Positions 40,346 through 49,365 of a stretch of DNA of 64,000 nt are shown in pieces; the stretch's first letter is position 1, and each line of letters begins with the position of its first letter. The notes beneath the pieces are model-generated. The model was given only the letters and a program-made list of their open reading frames with translations, was not told where the DNA came from and searched no databases. Where the stretch lies: positions 96,001 through 160,000 of the forward strand of contig CAWKHF010000008.1 of the NCBI GenBank assembly GCA_963849325.1. The letters are read 5' to 3'. This DNA is from an uncultured Planctomycetota bacterium. Its GTDB lineage: Bacteria; Planctomycetota; Planctomycetia; Gemmatales; Gemmataceae. The position numbers and the translations under genes are program-made.

Positions 40346-41335
40346 TTACTTGCCCTTTTTCAGTGTTTCCTCAATGAGATCGCTGCTGATACGGCCCTTG
40401 ATGACGACGGCCTTGCCCTTGTTGCTGAGGCGCAGCCCCTTGGCGAACTCCAGGGCGAATTCCAGAGCGGGCTTGGCCTCCTTCTGGTTGCTGGTGATGG
40501 CGGCCAGACCGGCCAGGATCAGCTTGAGTCCGGCATCGGCCGAGTCGCGCAGGTCGCGGGCTTCGTTGACGTTCTTGGTCGTGACGATCAGCTCCAGCTT
40601 GATCTCGTCGCTGAGCGTCAGTCCGCCGCTGAGCGCCTGGATCTTGTCGATCATGTCCTTGACGTCGCCGGGCAGGTTGCCGAGGGCGTCCTTGACCGCG
40701 TCGGTCTTGATGGCCGCCACCGACAGGCTCTGGCTGTCGTTGGCCACTTCCAGGAGCGCCTGGAAGTCCTTGTTCTTCAGGACCGGCTTTTCGCTCTTGC
40801 CGGTCTTCTTGAGGGCATCGACCACGTAATCCTTGCCGGCGGAGGCCAGCAGCGTGTCCCGGTTGGGCAGGGCGACGAAAAACGGAGAATCCAGATCGGG
40901 CACGTTCACTTCGTAGAGCAGCTGTTTTCCGCCCATCAACTTGTGGATCTTGAGGACGTCGCCGTTGTCGCGCGCGACCTCCTCGGCCTTGGCCTTGAAC
41001 TTGGCCAGGTCGAACCGGCCATGCACGATGACGAGGCCGCGGTCCTTGTCGGTGCCGCCGGGCGTGGCGACCAGGATGCGGTCGAGGTCACGGAACGGAT
41101 CGAAGCCGAGATCCTTGAGCACGTCCTGGACCTGGTCGTTGCCGCGCAGCGCTTCCTGGGCCGCCTCCAGGGCGTGCTTCTTGATCAGGGGCGAATCGAG
41201 GATTTGGCGGACGTTGACCTGCAGGACGCTTTCGCTGTCCTCGGGCAGATAAGGATCGAGTTCGCCGGCGCGGCCGGGGACGGCCGTCAGCAGGACGGCG
41301 ACGAGGACGGCCAGGGACAAGCGGTGCGGAGTCAT
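40346..41335 (-). CDS. Exported hypothetical protein, paralog of 39364..40323
   Basis: Signal peptide; YLPEDSESVLQVNVRQILDSPLIKKHAL...GFDPFRDLD...VHGRFD. Confidence 0.8.
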   Translation of the reverse strand: MTPHRLSLAVLVAVLLTAVPGRAGELDPYLPEDSESVLQVNVRQILDSPLIKKHALEAAQEALRGNDQVQDVLKDLGFDPFRDLDRILVATPGGTDKDRGLVIVHGRFDLAKFKAKAEEVARDNGDVLKIHKLMGGKQLLYEVNVPDLDSPFFVALPNRDTLLASAGKDYVVDALKKTGKSEKPVLKNKDFQALLEVANDSQSLSVAAIKTDAVKDALGNLPGDVKDMIDKIQALSGGLTLSDEIKLELIVTTKNVNEARDLRDSADAGLKLILAGLAAITSNQKEAKPALEFALEFAKGLRLSNKGKAVVIKGRISSDLIEETLKKGK

Positions 41336-41433
41336 CGGCGTGGGTTCCTTTCGTGAGCTGCGGTCGTCACCGGACCACCGGGTCGAGCGCTACCGGATAA
41401 TACCTTGCGAATCGAAGGCGGTTTCATTAGCCG

Positions 41434-41493
41434 GTTTAGCCGCGACGCGCAGCGGAGCGCGCTGCCGCGCTCCGCTGCGCGTCGCGGCTAAAC
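41434..41493. repeat. REP-like palindrome, family D
   Basis: gtttagccgcgacgcgcagcggagcgcg...cgcgctccgctgcgcgtcgcggctaaac; copy at 53938. Confidence 0.88.
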
Positions 41494-41502
41494 GGAAGGC
41501 GC

Positions 41503-42687
41503 TTATCGGACATGGGCGATAAGGCACTTCAGATAATGCGATTCGAGGCAGGACACCGAAACCGGATGGTCCGGCGCCGGCCCGCGGCGCTGGAGGATCT
41601 GCACGGTGCGCTTGGCCTCGGCGGCCAGCTGCGCCAGCAAGTCCTCTAACATACCCATCGTAATCAGTCCGGAGCAACAGCAAGTCACCAGAATGCCGTG
41701 CGGTTCGAGCAGGCGCAGGGCCAGCGTCTGCAAGCGGCGATAGCCGCGCAGCGCTTCCTCGACGGCGTTCCGCGCCCGCGCGAACTTGGGCGGGTCGAGC
41801 ACGACCACGCCGAAACGCTCGCCGCGCGCGGCCAGGGCGTCCAGCTCGTCGAAGACATCGCCCTGCACGAACGTCAGGTTGTCCAGGCCGTTGAGGCGAG
41901 CGTTGTCGCGGGCCAGTTGCAGGGCCGGCTCGGATTGATCGATGCCGAGTACGGCGGTCGCTCCGGCGCGAGCGGCGTGCAGGCCGAAGCCGCCGCTGTA
42001 GCAGAAGGCGTCGAGCACGCGCCGGCCGCGCGCCAGCCGGGCCGCCGCCTGCCGATTGTCGCGCTGGTCGAGATAGAACCCCGTCTTCTGTCCCTCGGCC
42101 AGGTTGACCAGGAAGCGCACCCCTTCTTCCTCGATCTCGATCGGTCCCGGCGGCGCTTCGCCCCACACGAGTCCGTCGTGCGCTTCGAGTCCTTCGAGCT
42201 GGCCGATGCCGCGCTCGGTGCGCAGGTAGATGCCCGCCGGCCGCAGCAGCTCGGCCAGCAGCTCGACGAGCAGATCGCGTCGCTGGGCCAACCCCAGCGA
42301 CGTGAATTGCAGGGCCAGCCAGCGGTCGTAGCGGTCGATGGTGCAGCCGGACAGGCCGTCGCCCTCGCTGAAGACGAGCCGGCAGGCGCGGCCCGGCCCA
42401 TCGAGATCGAGCAGTCGGCGCAGGTGGACGGCGTCTTCCAGGCGCGTCCGGAAGAAGGCGCGATCGAGGAGCGTGTCGGCGTCCCAGGTGTAGAGGCGGA
42501 CGCGGATCTTGCTGCGGCTGTTGTACAGGCCGCGAGCCACGAAATTGCCGGTGTGCGAGACCAGCTCGACCACGTCGCCGTCGGCCGGCTCTCCCTCGAC
42601 CGCGGCGATGGCCCCGGCGTAGACCCACGGATGACGGCCGTAGAAGGGACGCGCTCGTCGGGGTTGCAAGATCACGCGCGCGGTCAT
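41503..42687 (-). CDS. RlmI-like SAM-dependent rRNA methyltransferase
   Basis: HPWVY, SEGDGLSG..IDRY, GQKTGFYLDQRDNR, VLDAFCYSGGF, LDPPKF and YLK. Confidence 0.9.
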   Translation of the reverse strand: MTARVILQPRRARPFYGRHPWVYAGAIAAVEGEPADGDVVELVSHTGNFVARGLYNSRSKIRVRLYTWDADTLLDRAFFRTRLEDAVHLRRLLDLDGPGRACRLVFSEGDGLSGCTIDRYDRWLALQFTSLGLAQRRDLLVELLAELLRPAGIYLRTERGIGQLEGLEAHDGLVWGEAPPGPIEIEEEGVRFLVNLAEGQKTGFYLDQRDNRQAAARLARGRRVLDAFCYSGGFGLHAARAGATAVLGIDQSEPALQLARDNARLNGLDNLTFVQGDVFDELDALAARGERFGVVVLDPPKFARARNAVEEALRGYRRLQTLALRLLEPHGILVTCCCSGLITMGMLEDLLAQLAAEAKRTVQILQRRGPAPDHPVSVSCLESHYLKCLIAHVR

Positions 42688-42693
42688 GTCAAA

Positions 42694-42852
42694 AATCCGA
42701 AATCCGAAATCCGAAATCCGAAAGAAATCTCGAAAGAAATCCGAAATGCAAAATTCAAATAGCCGAAACCGATCGATATCGATCGGTTTTGTGCTTTTGA
42801 TGATTCGCACTTTCGAGATTTCCTTCGGATTTCGGATTTCGGATTTCGGATT
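42694..42852. repeat. Inverted heptamer tandem arrays (aatccga)n ... (ttcggat)n around an AT-rich core
   Basis: aatccgaaatccgaaatccgaaatccg...ttcggatttcggatttcggatttcggatt; internal palindrome aaaccgatcgatatcgatcggttt. Confidence 0.88.
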
Positions 42853-43320
42853 TTACTCGTTGGCTCGTTCGACAGCCTCGATGTAGGCGAGGGCGCGGTC
42901 GAGTTCGCGTTTGCTTTGCCGGCTGCGCAAGAGAGAGCGTACGCGCAGCAGCAGTTCGGCCTTGTTGATCGGCTTGGACAGAAAATCGTCGGTGCCGGCC
43001 TCGACGGCGCGCTCGATGTCGCTGGGCTGATCGAGGGCGGTGATCATGAGGATGGCGATGTCGCGCGTGGCCGGGTCGCCGCGCAGGCGCTTGCACACCT
43101 CGAAGCCGCTGATGCGCGGCATCATAACGTCGAGCAGGATCAGGTCGGGGTGCCAGGCGGCGACGACTTGCAGCGTCTGTTCGCCGTCGCCGGCGCTGCG
43201 CAATTCGTAGTCGCTATCGCTCAGGTAGGCTTCGAGCAGCTCCGCCCCCAGCGGGTCATCGTCGGCGATGAGGACGCGCGGCGCGGGGCCGGATGGCGTA
43301 TTCGGGGCGTGAGGTTGCAT
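42853..43320 (-). CDS. Single-domain response regulator (receiver)
   Basis: VLIADDD, PDLILLDVMMP, MITAL and DFLSKP. Confidence 0.92.
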   Translation of the reverse strand: MQPHAPNTPSGPAPRVLIADDDPLGAELLEAYLSDSDYELRSAGDGEQTLQVVAAWHPDLILLDVMMPRISGFEVCKRLRGDPATRDIAILMITALDQPSDIERAVEAGTDDFLSKPINKAELLLRVRSLLRSRQSKRELDRALAYIEAVERANE

Positions 43321-43441
43321 GCCCGCCTCCCTCGTTGAGGTCCGCCTCGACGGCTGCTCCCGACGCCGGGACGCCGCCAAACAGGGGCATTATAGCGACG
43401 CTTTGCGGACGATACGAGGGCGAGGCTGGGATGGCGAGGCA

Positions 43442-43920
43442 TCAACCCCGGCCAACGGGGAGCAGTTCGATGGCGTCGCCGACGTGGAGAATCCCTTCCT
43501 CCAGGACGTCGGCCCGGAACCCGCCACGGCCCTTGAGGGCATCGAACACCCCGGCCTCGGTGATGTGTTCCAGATAACCGCATGGGGCGCACGGCCGGAC
43601 GCCGCGGAAGACGGCGGTGCCGATGCGGAAGGTACGGTCTTTCAGGCTCTCCAGCTCAATACCGGCGGTGACGAGGTTGCGCCGGCTGCGGCCGTCACCC
43701 AGGTCGAGGCCGTGTTCGGCACGAACGGCGGTCAGGGCTTCTTCTTCAATCAACGACACCGCCCGTCCGCCGCCCGGCCAGCGCGAGAAGTTGCCACATC
43801 CCAGGAAGTAGCGATCACCTTCCAGCCCGCGGCCGGAACGGCCCGGACCTCGGCGATACTCACCAGAGGCGCACGGGCTACCGGTGCGGTCCAGATGCCA
43901 CGGAGGATACCGATTCCCAT
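43442..43920 (-). CDS. MOSC-domain protein; frameshift near 43830
   Basis: MGIGILRGIW...GLEGDRY...VSLIEEE...RRNLVT...PCAPCGYLE...RGGFRA. Confidence 0.85.
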
Positions 43921-43945
43921 AAGGTCCTCAAAGGCAGGTCTGCTT

Positions 43946-44143
43946 CTACGAGCGTCCTTCGGACGGTTTACGGCATCGCAATTCCTCCGGATTGGTCCGC
44001 GGCCCTTCCGGCACGATCATCGGTGTGTCCGCAACAGGGAAGATGTGTCCCAATATCCGGCCGGATTCATCGCATAACTCGATAGGCTGAGAGAGATCGG
44101 GAAGCATTCTCCGCAGCGTTTCATCAAGGATGACTTGCGTCAT
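43946..44143 (-). CDS. Small hypothetical protein, possibly an orphan antitoxin
   Basis: MTQVILDETLRRMLPDLSQPIELCDESGRILGHIFP; GGAGG RBS; lower GC. Confidence 0.6.
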   Translation of the reverse strand: MTQVILDETLRRMLPDLSQPIELCDESGRILGHIFPVADTPMIVPEGPRTNPEELRCRKPSEGRS

Positions 44144-45240
44144 GATTCAACCTCCGACCGAAAAGAGGATTCGTAGGCTCTCCCAAACGGGATTCTAATC
44201 GAAATCGACGTCGGCCGGCAAGCCAGTCGAGCGCTCACACCGGCAGCGATGCCGGCAGCACCGCGCGGATTGCTCAGGCAGTGCAGATTGACCGGGTTGC
44301 GCACGGGTTCGCCCAGGACGAGCCGGCGCGCCTCCTCGGCGCCTTTGCGGCGCATCTCGCGGAAGCCCTCGACCGAGTAGAACGCCGTGTGCGGCGTCAG
44401 CAGCACACGCGGATGTCGCCGCAAACGCTCGTCGTCGAGCGGTTCGCGCTCCACCACGTCGAGCGCGGCAAAGGCGACGTGGCCGGAATCGAGCGCGTCG
44501 CACAGCGCCGGCCCATCGACGCACGGGCCGCGCGCCGTGTTGACGACGTAGGCGCCGGCGGGCAGCTGGGCCAGCGTCGCGGCGTTGAGCAGGTGGTGCG
44601 TCTCGCGCGTCAGCGGGCAGTGCAGACTCAGAAACTCGGCGCGCGGCCACAGGTCCTCCAGGCGATGGACGCGCTCGATGCCGAGCGCCTTGTCCAGGCC
44701 ATCGGGCTTGTAGGGATCGTAAAAGACGACATTCATGCCGAGCGATTTGGCGCGGAGGGCCATCGCCGTGCCGATGCGGCCGCAGCCGACGAGGGCGAGC
44801 GTGCGGCCGCGCAGGCGCGGCGTGCCGAAGACCGTGGTCATGTCCCAGTTGCCGGCGCGGATGGCTTGATGGGCGAGGACCAGTCGGCGAGCCAGGGCCA
44901 GAAGCAGCATCAGAGCGTGATCGGCGACCTCCTCGGTGCCGTAGTCGGGCACGTTGCAGACGACGATGCCGTGCCGCCCCGCCGCGTGCAGATCGACGTT
45001 ATCGTAGCCGACGCCGGCCCGCACGATGCCGCGGCAGCGCCGCAGCGCGGCGAGGGTCGCTTCGCCGAGCTTGATGGTGTGAAAGACCAGCAGGGCGTCG
45101 GCCTCGGCGGCGGCGCGGGCCACGTCGCGCTCGTCGTCGGTTTGCAGCAGCCGCACCTCGGCCACCGCGTCGAGGATGTCGCGCTCGACGCCGATTTCCG
45201 CCAGATGATCGGTCACGACAACCAGGGGTCGATTCTTCAT
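44140..45240 (-). CDS. D-2-hydroxyacid dehydrogenase (CtBP-like); 3' end uncertain
   Basis: RAGVGYDNVD, NVPDYGTEEVADH, GCGRIG, SLHCPL, VNTARG, LDVVEREP and LTPHTAFYS. Confidence 0.92.
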   Translation of the reverse strand: MKNRPLVVVTDHLAEIGVERDILDAVAEVRLLQTDDERDVARAAAEADALLVFHTIKLGEATLAALRRCRGIVRAGVGYDNVDLHAAGRHGIVVCNVPDYGTEEVADHALMLLLALARRLVLAHQAIRAGNWDMTTVFGTPRLRGRTLALVGCGRIGTAMALRAKSLGMNVVFYDPYKPDGLDKALGIERVHRLEDLWPRAEFLSLHCPLTRETHHLLNAATLAQLPAGAYVVNTARGPCVDGPALCDALDSGHVAFAALDVVEREPLDDERLRRHPRVLLTPHTAFYSVEGFREMRRKGAEEARRLVLGEPVRNPVNLHCLSNPRGAAGIAAGVSARLACRPTSISIRIPFGRAYESSFRSEVES

Positions 45241-45467
45241 CAAAGGTCGTTCTCCTCCGTTTGTCGGGCAATGGGCCTATCTTATAGCAAGCCGGTTGAA
45301 GGCATGAGGAATCGGCCGCCTCTAAACTCTTGTTCACATTGCCAGTTATCGGTACAGTACCGAAGGCTCGCCAAGCCGAGTCTACGTTGGCCGCTCATCC
45401 CAGCGTGTTTTCGGCAAGAGCGGCGTGTCGAGGCACCGGAACGATCGGATTCGCTGGAGGATTCGCC

Positions 45468-46199
45468 ATGCCCATCCACGATTGGACGCGCGTCCGTCCC
45501 AATCGCTTCCACGATTTCCATCAAAGATGGACGGTGGCCATCCGCAATGCGCTCAACGCCGGCCAACTGCCGCCCGGCTACTTCGCCATGGTCGAGCAAA
45601 AGACGGGCGGTCCCGAGCCGGATGTCGTTACCCTCGCCCTCGCCCCACCGAGCCATCCTGCGTCCGGAGGGATAGCCATCGACCTCCAGCCGCCGAAGGC
45701 CCGGTTCGTGATGCGCTCCGAAGCCGCGACCTACGCCCGCAAGGCCAACCGCATCACGATCCGGCACCCCGACGGCGACGTGGTGGCGGTCCTGAAGATC
45801 GTTTCCCCGGGGAACAAGGACAGCCGCCATGCTCTGCGTACCTTTGCCCGCAAGGCGGTCGAGTTCCTCGAAGCCGGAATACATCTGTTGATCGTGGATC
45901 TGTTTCCTCCCGGCCGCCGTGATCCGCAGGGCGTCCACAAGGTCATCTGGGACCGCCTGCGCGACGAGCCGTTCGCGCTGCCGCCGGACAAGCCGCTGAC
46001 GGTGGCGGCCTACGCCGTCGGCACCGAGACGGTCGCTTACGTCGAGCCAGTCGCCGTCGGCGATGCCTTGCCCGACATGCCCCTCTTCCTGACGGCGAAT
46101 CGCTATGTGCCGTGCCCGCTGGAGGCGACCTACCAGACGGCCTGGGAGCAATTTCCGGCGCCTTTGCGACAACCTTTGGAGTTACCGCCGGCGCCGTGA
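45468..46199 (+). CDS. DUF4058 family protein (Uma2/PD-(D/E)XK-like)
   Basis: MPIHDWTRV...FHDFHQ...IVSPGNK...GIHLLIVDLFPP...LPDMPLFL...LEATY. Confidence 0.82.
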   Translation: MPIHDWTRVRPNRFHDFHQRWTVAIRNALNAGQLPPGYFAMVEQKTGGPEPDVVTLALAPPSHPASGGIAIDLQPPKARFVMRSEAATYARKANRITIRHPDGDVVAVLKIVSPGNKDSRHALRTFARKAVEFLEAGIHLLIVDLFPPGRRDPQGVHKVIWDRLRDEPFALPPDKPLTVAAYAVGTETVAYVEPVAVGDALPDMPLFLTANRYVPCPLEATYQTAWEQFPAPLRQPLELPPAP

Positions 46200-46307
46200 G
46201 CGCCGCGATCCCGACCTCGGCCGAGCAGGCCGCTTGCTTGCGTTTTGACGGAGCGACGGCTAAGTTAACCTCCGTGGTGTCCGTCGCCTCCGCCGAGAAC
46301 GTCCGCC

Positions 46308-48967
46308 ATGAAAAAGCACCTGCTCGCTTGCCTGTTCGTCCTCGCTGGCGCCGCGCTCGCTTCGGCCGCGTCGCCCTCCTTGAAGGAGGCGCGCCAGCGC
46401 TGGCTGCACGGCAACTACGGCGAGGCCCGCGAGCAGTACGAGGCGCTCGCCAAGGACGCCAAGCTGCGCCCCGCCGCCACCGTCGGACTCAGCCGAGCGC
46501 TCGAAAGCGAGGGCGAATACGACAAGGCACTCGACGCCGTCGAGTCCGCCCTGAAGGATGCTCCGAAGGACGCCGGTCTGCTGGCCCGCCAGGCGGAACT
46601 GCTGTATCGACGCGGCCGCTGGGACGAGGCCGAGAAAGCCGCCAACGCCGCCCTCGACGCCGACAAGAATCAGTTCCTCGCCCGCTGGGTGCGCGTCTGC
46701 GTCTACCGCGATCGCGGCGACATGAAGAAGGCCGACGCCGAGTGCAAGGGGTTCGTCCGCACCTACACCCAGCGCGATCAGAACGACGATCCCATCAAGG
46801 ATCCCGAGGAGCTGGTGCTGGTCGGCCTGGCCGGCGCCGAGAACGCGCGCTGGAACAACTTGCCCGATCAGTTCACCTTCATCCTGCAGGACGTCTACGG
46901 CGACGCCATCAAGTACGACAAGGCGTACTGGCCGGCCGAGTATCAGGCCGGCCTGTTGCTGCTGGAGAAGTACAACCGGCCCGAGGCGCTGGCCGCGTTC
47001 GACAAGGCGCTGACGATCAACGCCAGCGCCGCCGAGGCGCTCGCCGCCAAGGGCACGGCGGCGCTGATGCAGCTTCGAGATCAAGGAAGCCGAACGATTG
47101 GCCGAGCAGGCGCTGAACATCAATCCGAAACTGCCCGAAGCGCTGCGCCTGCGGGCCGACGTGTACCTGGCCACCGGCGACGCGGCCGCCGCCCTCAAGG
47201 AGCTGGAGCAGGCCCGCAAGGTCAATCCGCGCGACGAGCGCACCCTCGGCCGCATCGCCGCCTGTCTCACTCTGCAGCGCAAGAAGGACGACCTGGCCGC
47301 GCTGACGAAGGAGGTGGAAAAGTTCGACTCGAAGCCGGCCTCGTTTTACTTCGAGATGGGCGAACGGCTGGAGGAGCGCCGCTACTTCGACGAGGCGGAG
47401 ACGTGCTTCCGCAAGGCGGCCGAGCTGCGGCCCAACGTGCCGGGTGCGCTCAACAGCCTCGGCCAGCTCTACATGCGCATGGGACGCGAGAACGAAGGCG
47501 CGCGAAACGCTCGATCGAGCCTTCAAGGCCGATCCGTTCAACGTCCGCGTCTCCAACCTGCGCAAGGTGCTCCGCCACCTCGAAAAGTACGAGACGCTAA
47601 GACCGATCACTTCGAGCTGCGCTACGACCCGAAGAACGATGCCGTGCTGGCCCACTACATGGCCCCGTACCTGGAAGCGATCTACGCCGACCTGGCCGAG
47701 AAGTTCGAGTATCGGCCGAAGGGGCCGATCCTCATCGAGGTCTTCAACAACCACGAGATGTTCAGCGGCCGGACGATCGCCCTGCCGGACCTGCACACCA
47801 TCGGCGCCTGCACCGGCCGGATGATCGCCATGGCTTCGCCTCATGGCCGGGGCATCGCCAAGCCGTTCAACTGGGGCCGCGTCCTCCGTCACGAGCTGGT
47901 CCACATTTTCAACCTCGAACAGACGCATTTCCTCGTGCCGCACTGGCTGACCGAAGGGCTGGCGGTCAGCAACGAGGGTTTCGCCCGGCCGCCGTTGTGG
48001 AACCAACTGCTGCTCGAACGCGTGCCGGCCGGCAAGCTGATGAACCTCGACAACATCGACCTCGGTTTCATCCGGCCGCGCGGGCCGGAGGAGTGGCACC
48101 TGGCGTACTGCCAGAGCCAGATGTACGTCGATTACATCAAGGCCAAGTACGGCGCCGCGTCCGTCGGCCGGATGCTGGCGGCCTACCGCGACGGCCTGGG
48201 CACGGCGGAAGTGATTGAGCGTGTGTGCAAGGTGGACAAGGCGGACGTTCGAGAAGGGCTACCGCGCCTTCCTCGACGAAGCGGTCAAGCCGCTGCAGAA
48301 GGGCAAGCCGGCCGAGAAGAAGCAGACGCTGGCCGAGCTGAAGGCGGCTTACGAGAAGAACGACGACCTGGAAGCCGCCGCCGAGTTGGCCGTGCGCTAC
48401 CTCGAACGCGATCGCGTGCAGGCGCGCAAGCTGGCCGAGAAAGTGCTGGATCGCAAGCGGAACCATCCCAAGGCGACCTATGTACTGGCTCGCCTGGAAC
48501 GACTGGCCGGCAACGTCAAGCGCGAGCGCACTCTGCTCGAAGATGCGCTGCGCAAGGACGATCCCGATCCGCGCGTCCTGCTGGCGCTGGGCAAAATCTA
48601 CTACGATGCGAAGGAGTTCGACAAGGCCGAGGAGATGTTCGAGCGGGGCCGCAAGGCCGAGCCGTTCGAGCCGAGCTGGCTGATGCAGCTGGCCCGCGTC
48701 TACGCTCAGAAGGACGACAAAGCCGGAGCTTATCGGCGTGCTCAAGGAGTTGGTGCAAGACCGACGCGGACGAGCTGGAGCAGCGGCTGCGTCTGGCTCG
48801 ACTGCTGCTGGAGAGCGGACAGGCCGCAGCAGCCGAGACGTATGCACGGCAGGCGATGGAGATCGACGTGCGCAGCAAGGAAGGACGCGACGCTGTTGCT
48901 GAAGGCGCTGACGGAACAGAAGAAGGACGAGGAAGCGACGAAGATCCGCGAGCTTCTGGAGAAGTAG
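46308..48967 (+). CDS. Exported TPR protein with a central gluzincin (peptidase MA-like) domain; several frameshifts
   Basis: Signal peptide, TPR helices, VLRHELVH...PHWLTEGLA; fragments 46308..47600, 47098..48984 and 48215..48967. Confidence 0.85.
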
Positions 48968-49033
48968 GCGAACGGCCGGCGTAAGCCGGCTGGTTTTGGC
49001 CCGCACCAGCCGGCTTACGCCGGCCGTTCGCCT
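48966..49033. repeat. REP-like palindrome, family C variant
   Basis: aggcgaacggccggcgtaagccggctgg...ccagccggcttacgccggccgttcgcct. Confidence 0.85.
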
Positions 49034-49059
49034 TTGCAATGCGGTATTTGTGGTGAAGC

Positions 49060-49365
49060 ATGTCCTTTTCCCTCGCACAATTGCAGGAAATCATTCGTAG
49101 CACCTATGACGCCAAGGACCGGCGGCGCGGCGTCGAGGGTACGTTCATGTGGTTCATGGAGGAAGTCGGCGAGCTGGCGGCGGCGCTGCGCAGCGGCAGC
49201 GACGCCGAGCGTGCGGCGGAGTTCGCCGACGTGCTGGCCTGGCTGGCGACGCTGGCCAACATCGCCGGCGTCGATCTGGAAGCGGCCGTGCAGGCCAAGT
49301 ACGGCGGCGGTTGCCCCGGCTGCCGGCGCAGTCCCTGTGTGTGCGATCAGACGGAGAAACCGTGA
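49060..49365 (+). CDS. MazG-like nucleotide pyrophosphohydrolase
   Basis: WFMEEVGELA...EFADVLAWL..LAN; C-terminal CPGC...C.C. Confidence 0.88.
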   Translation: MSFSLAQLQEIIRSTYDAKDRRRGVEGTFMWFMEEVGELAAALRSGSDAERAAEFADVLAWLATLANIAGVDLEAAVQAKYGGGCPGCRRSPCVCDQTEKP

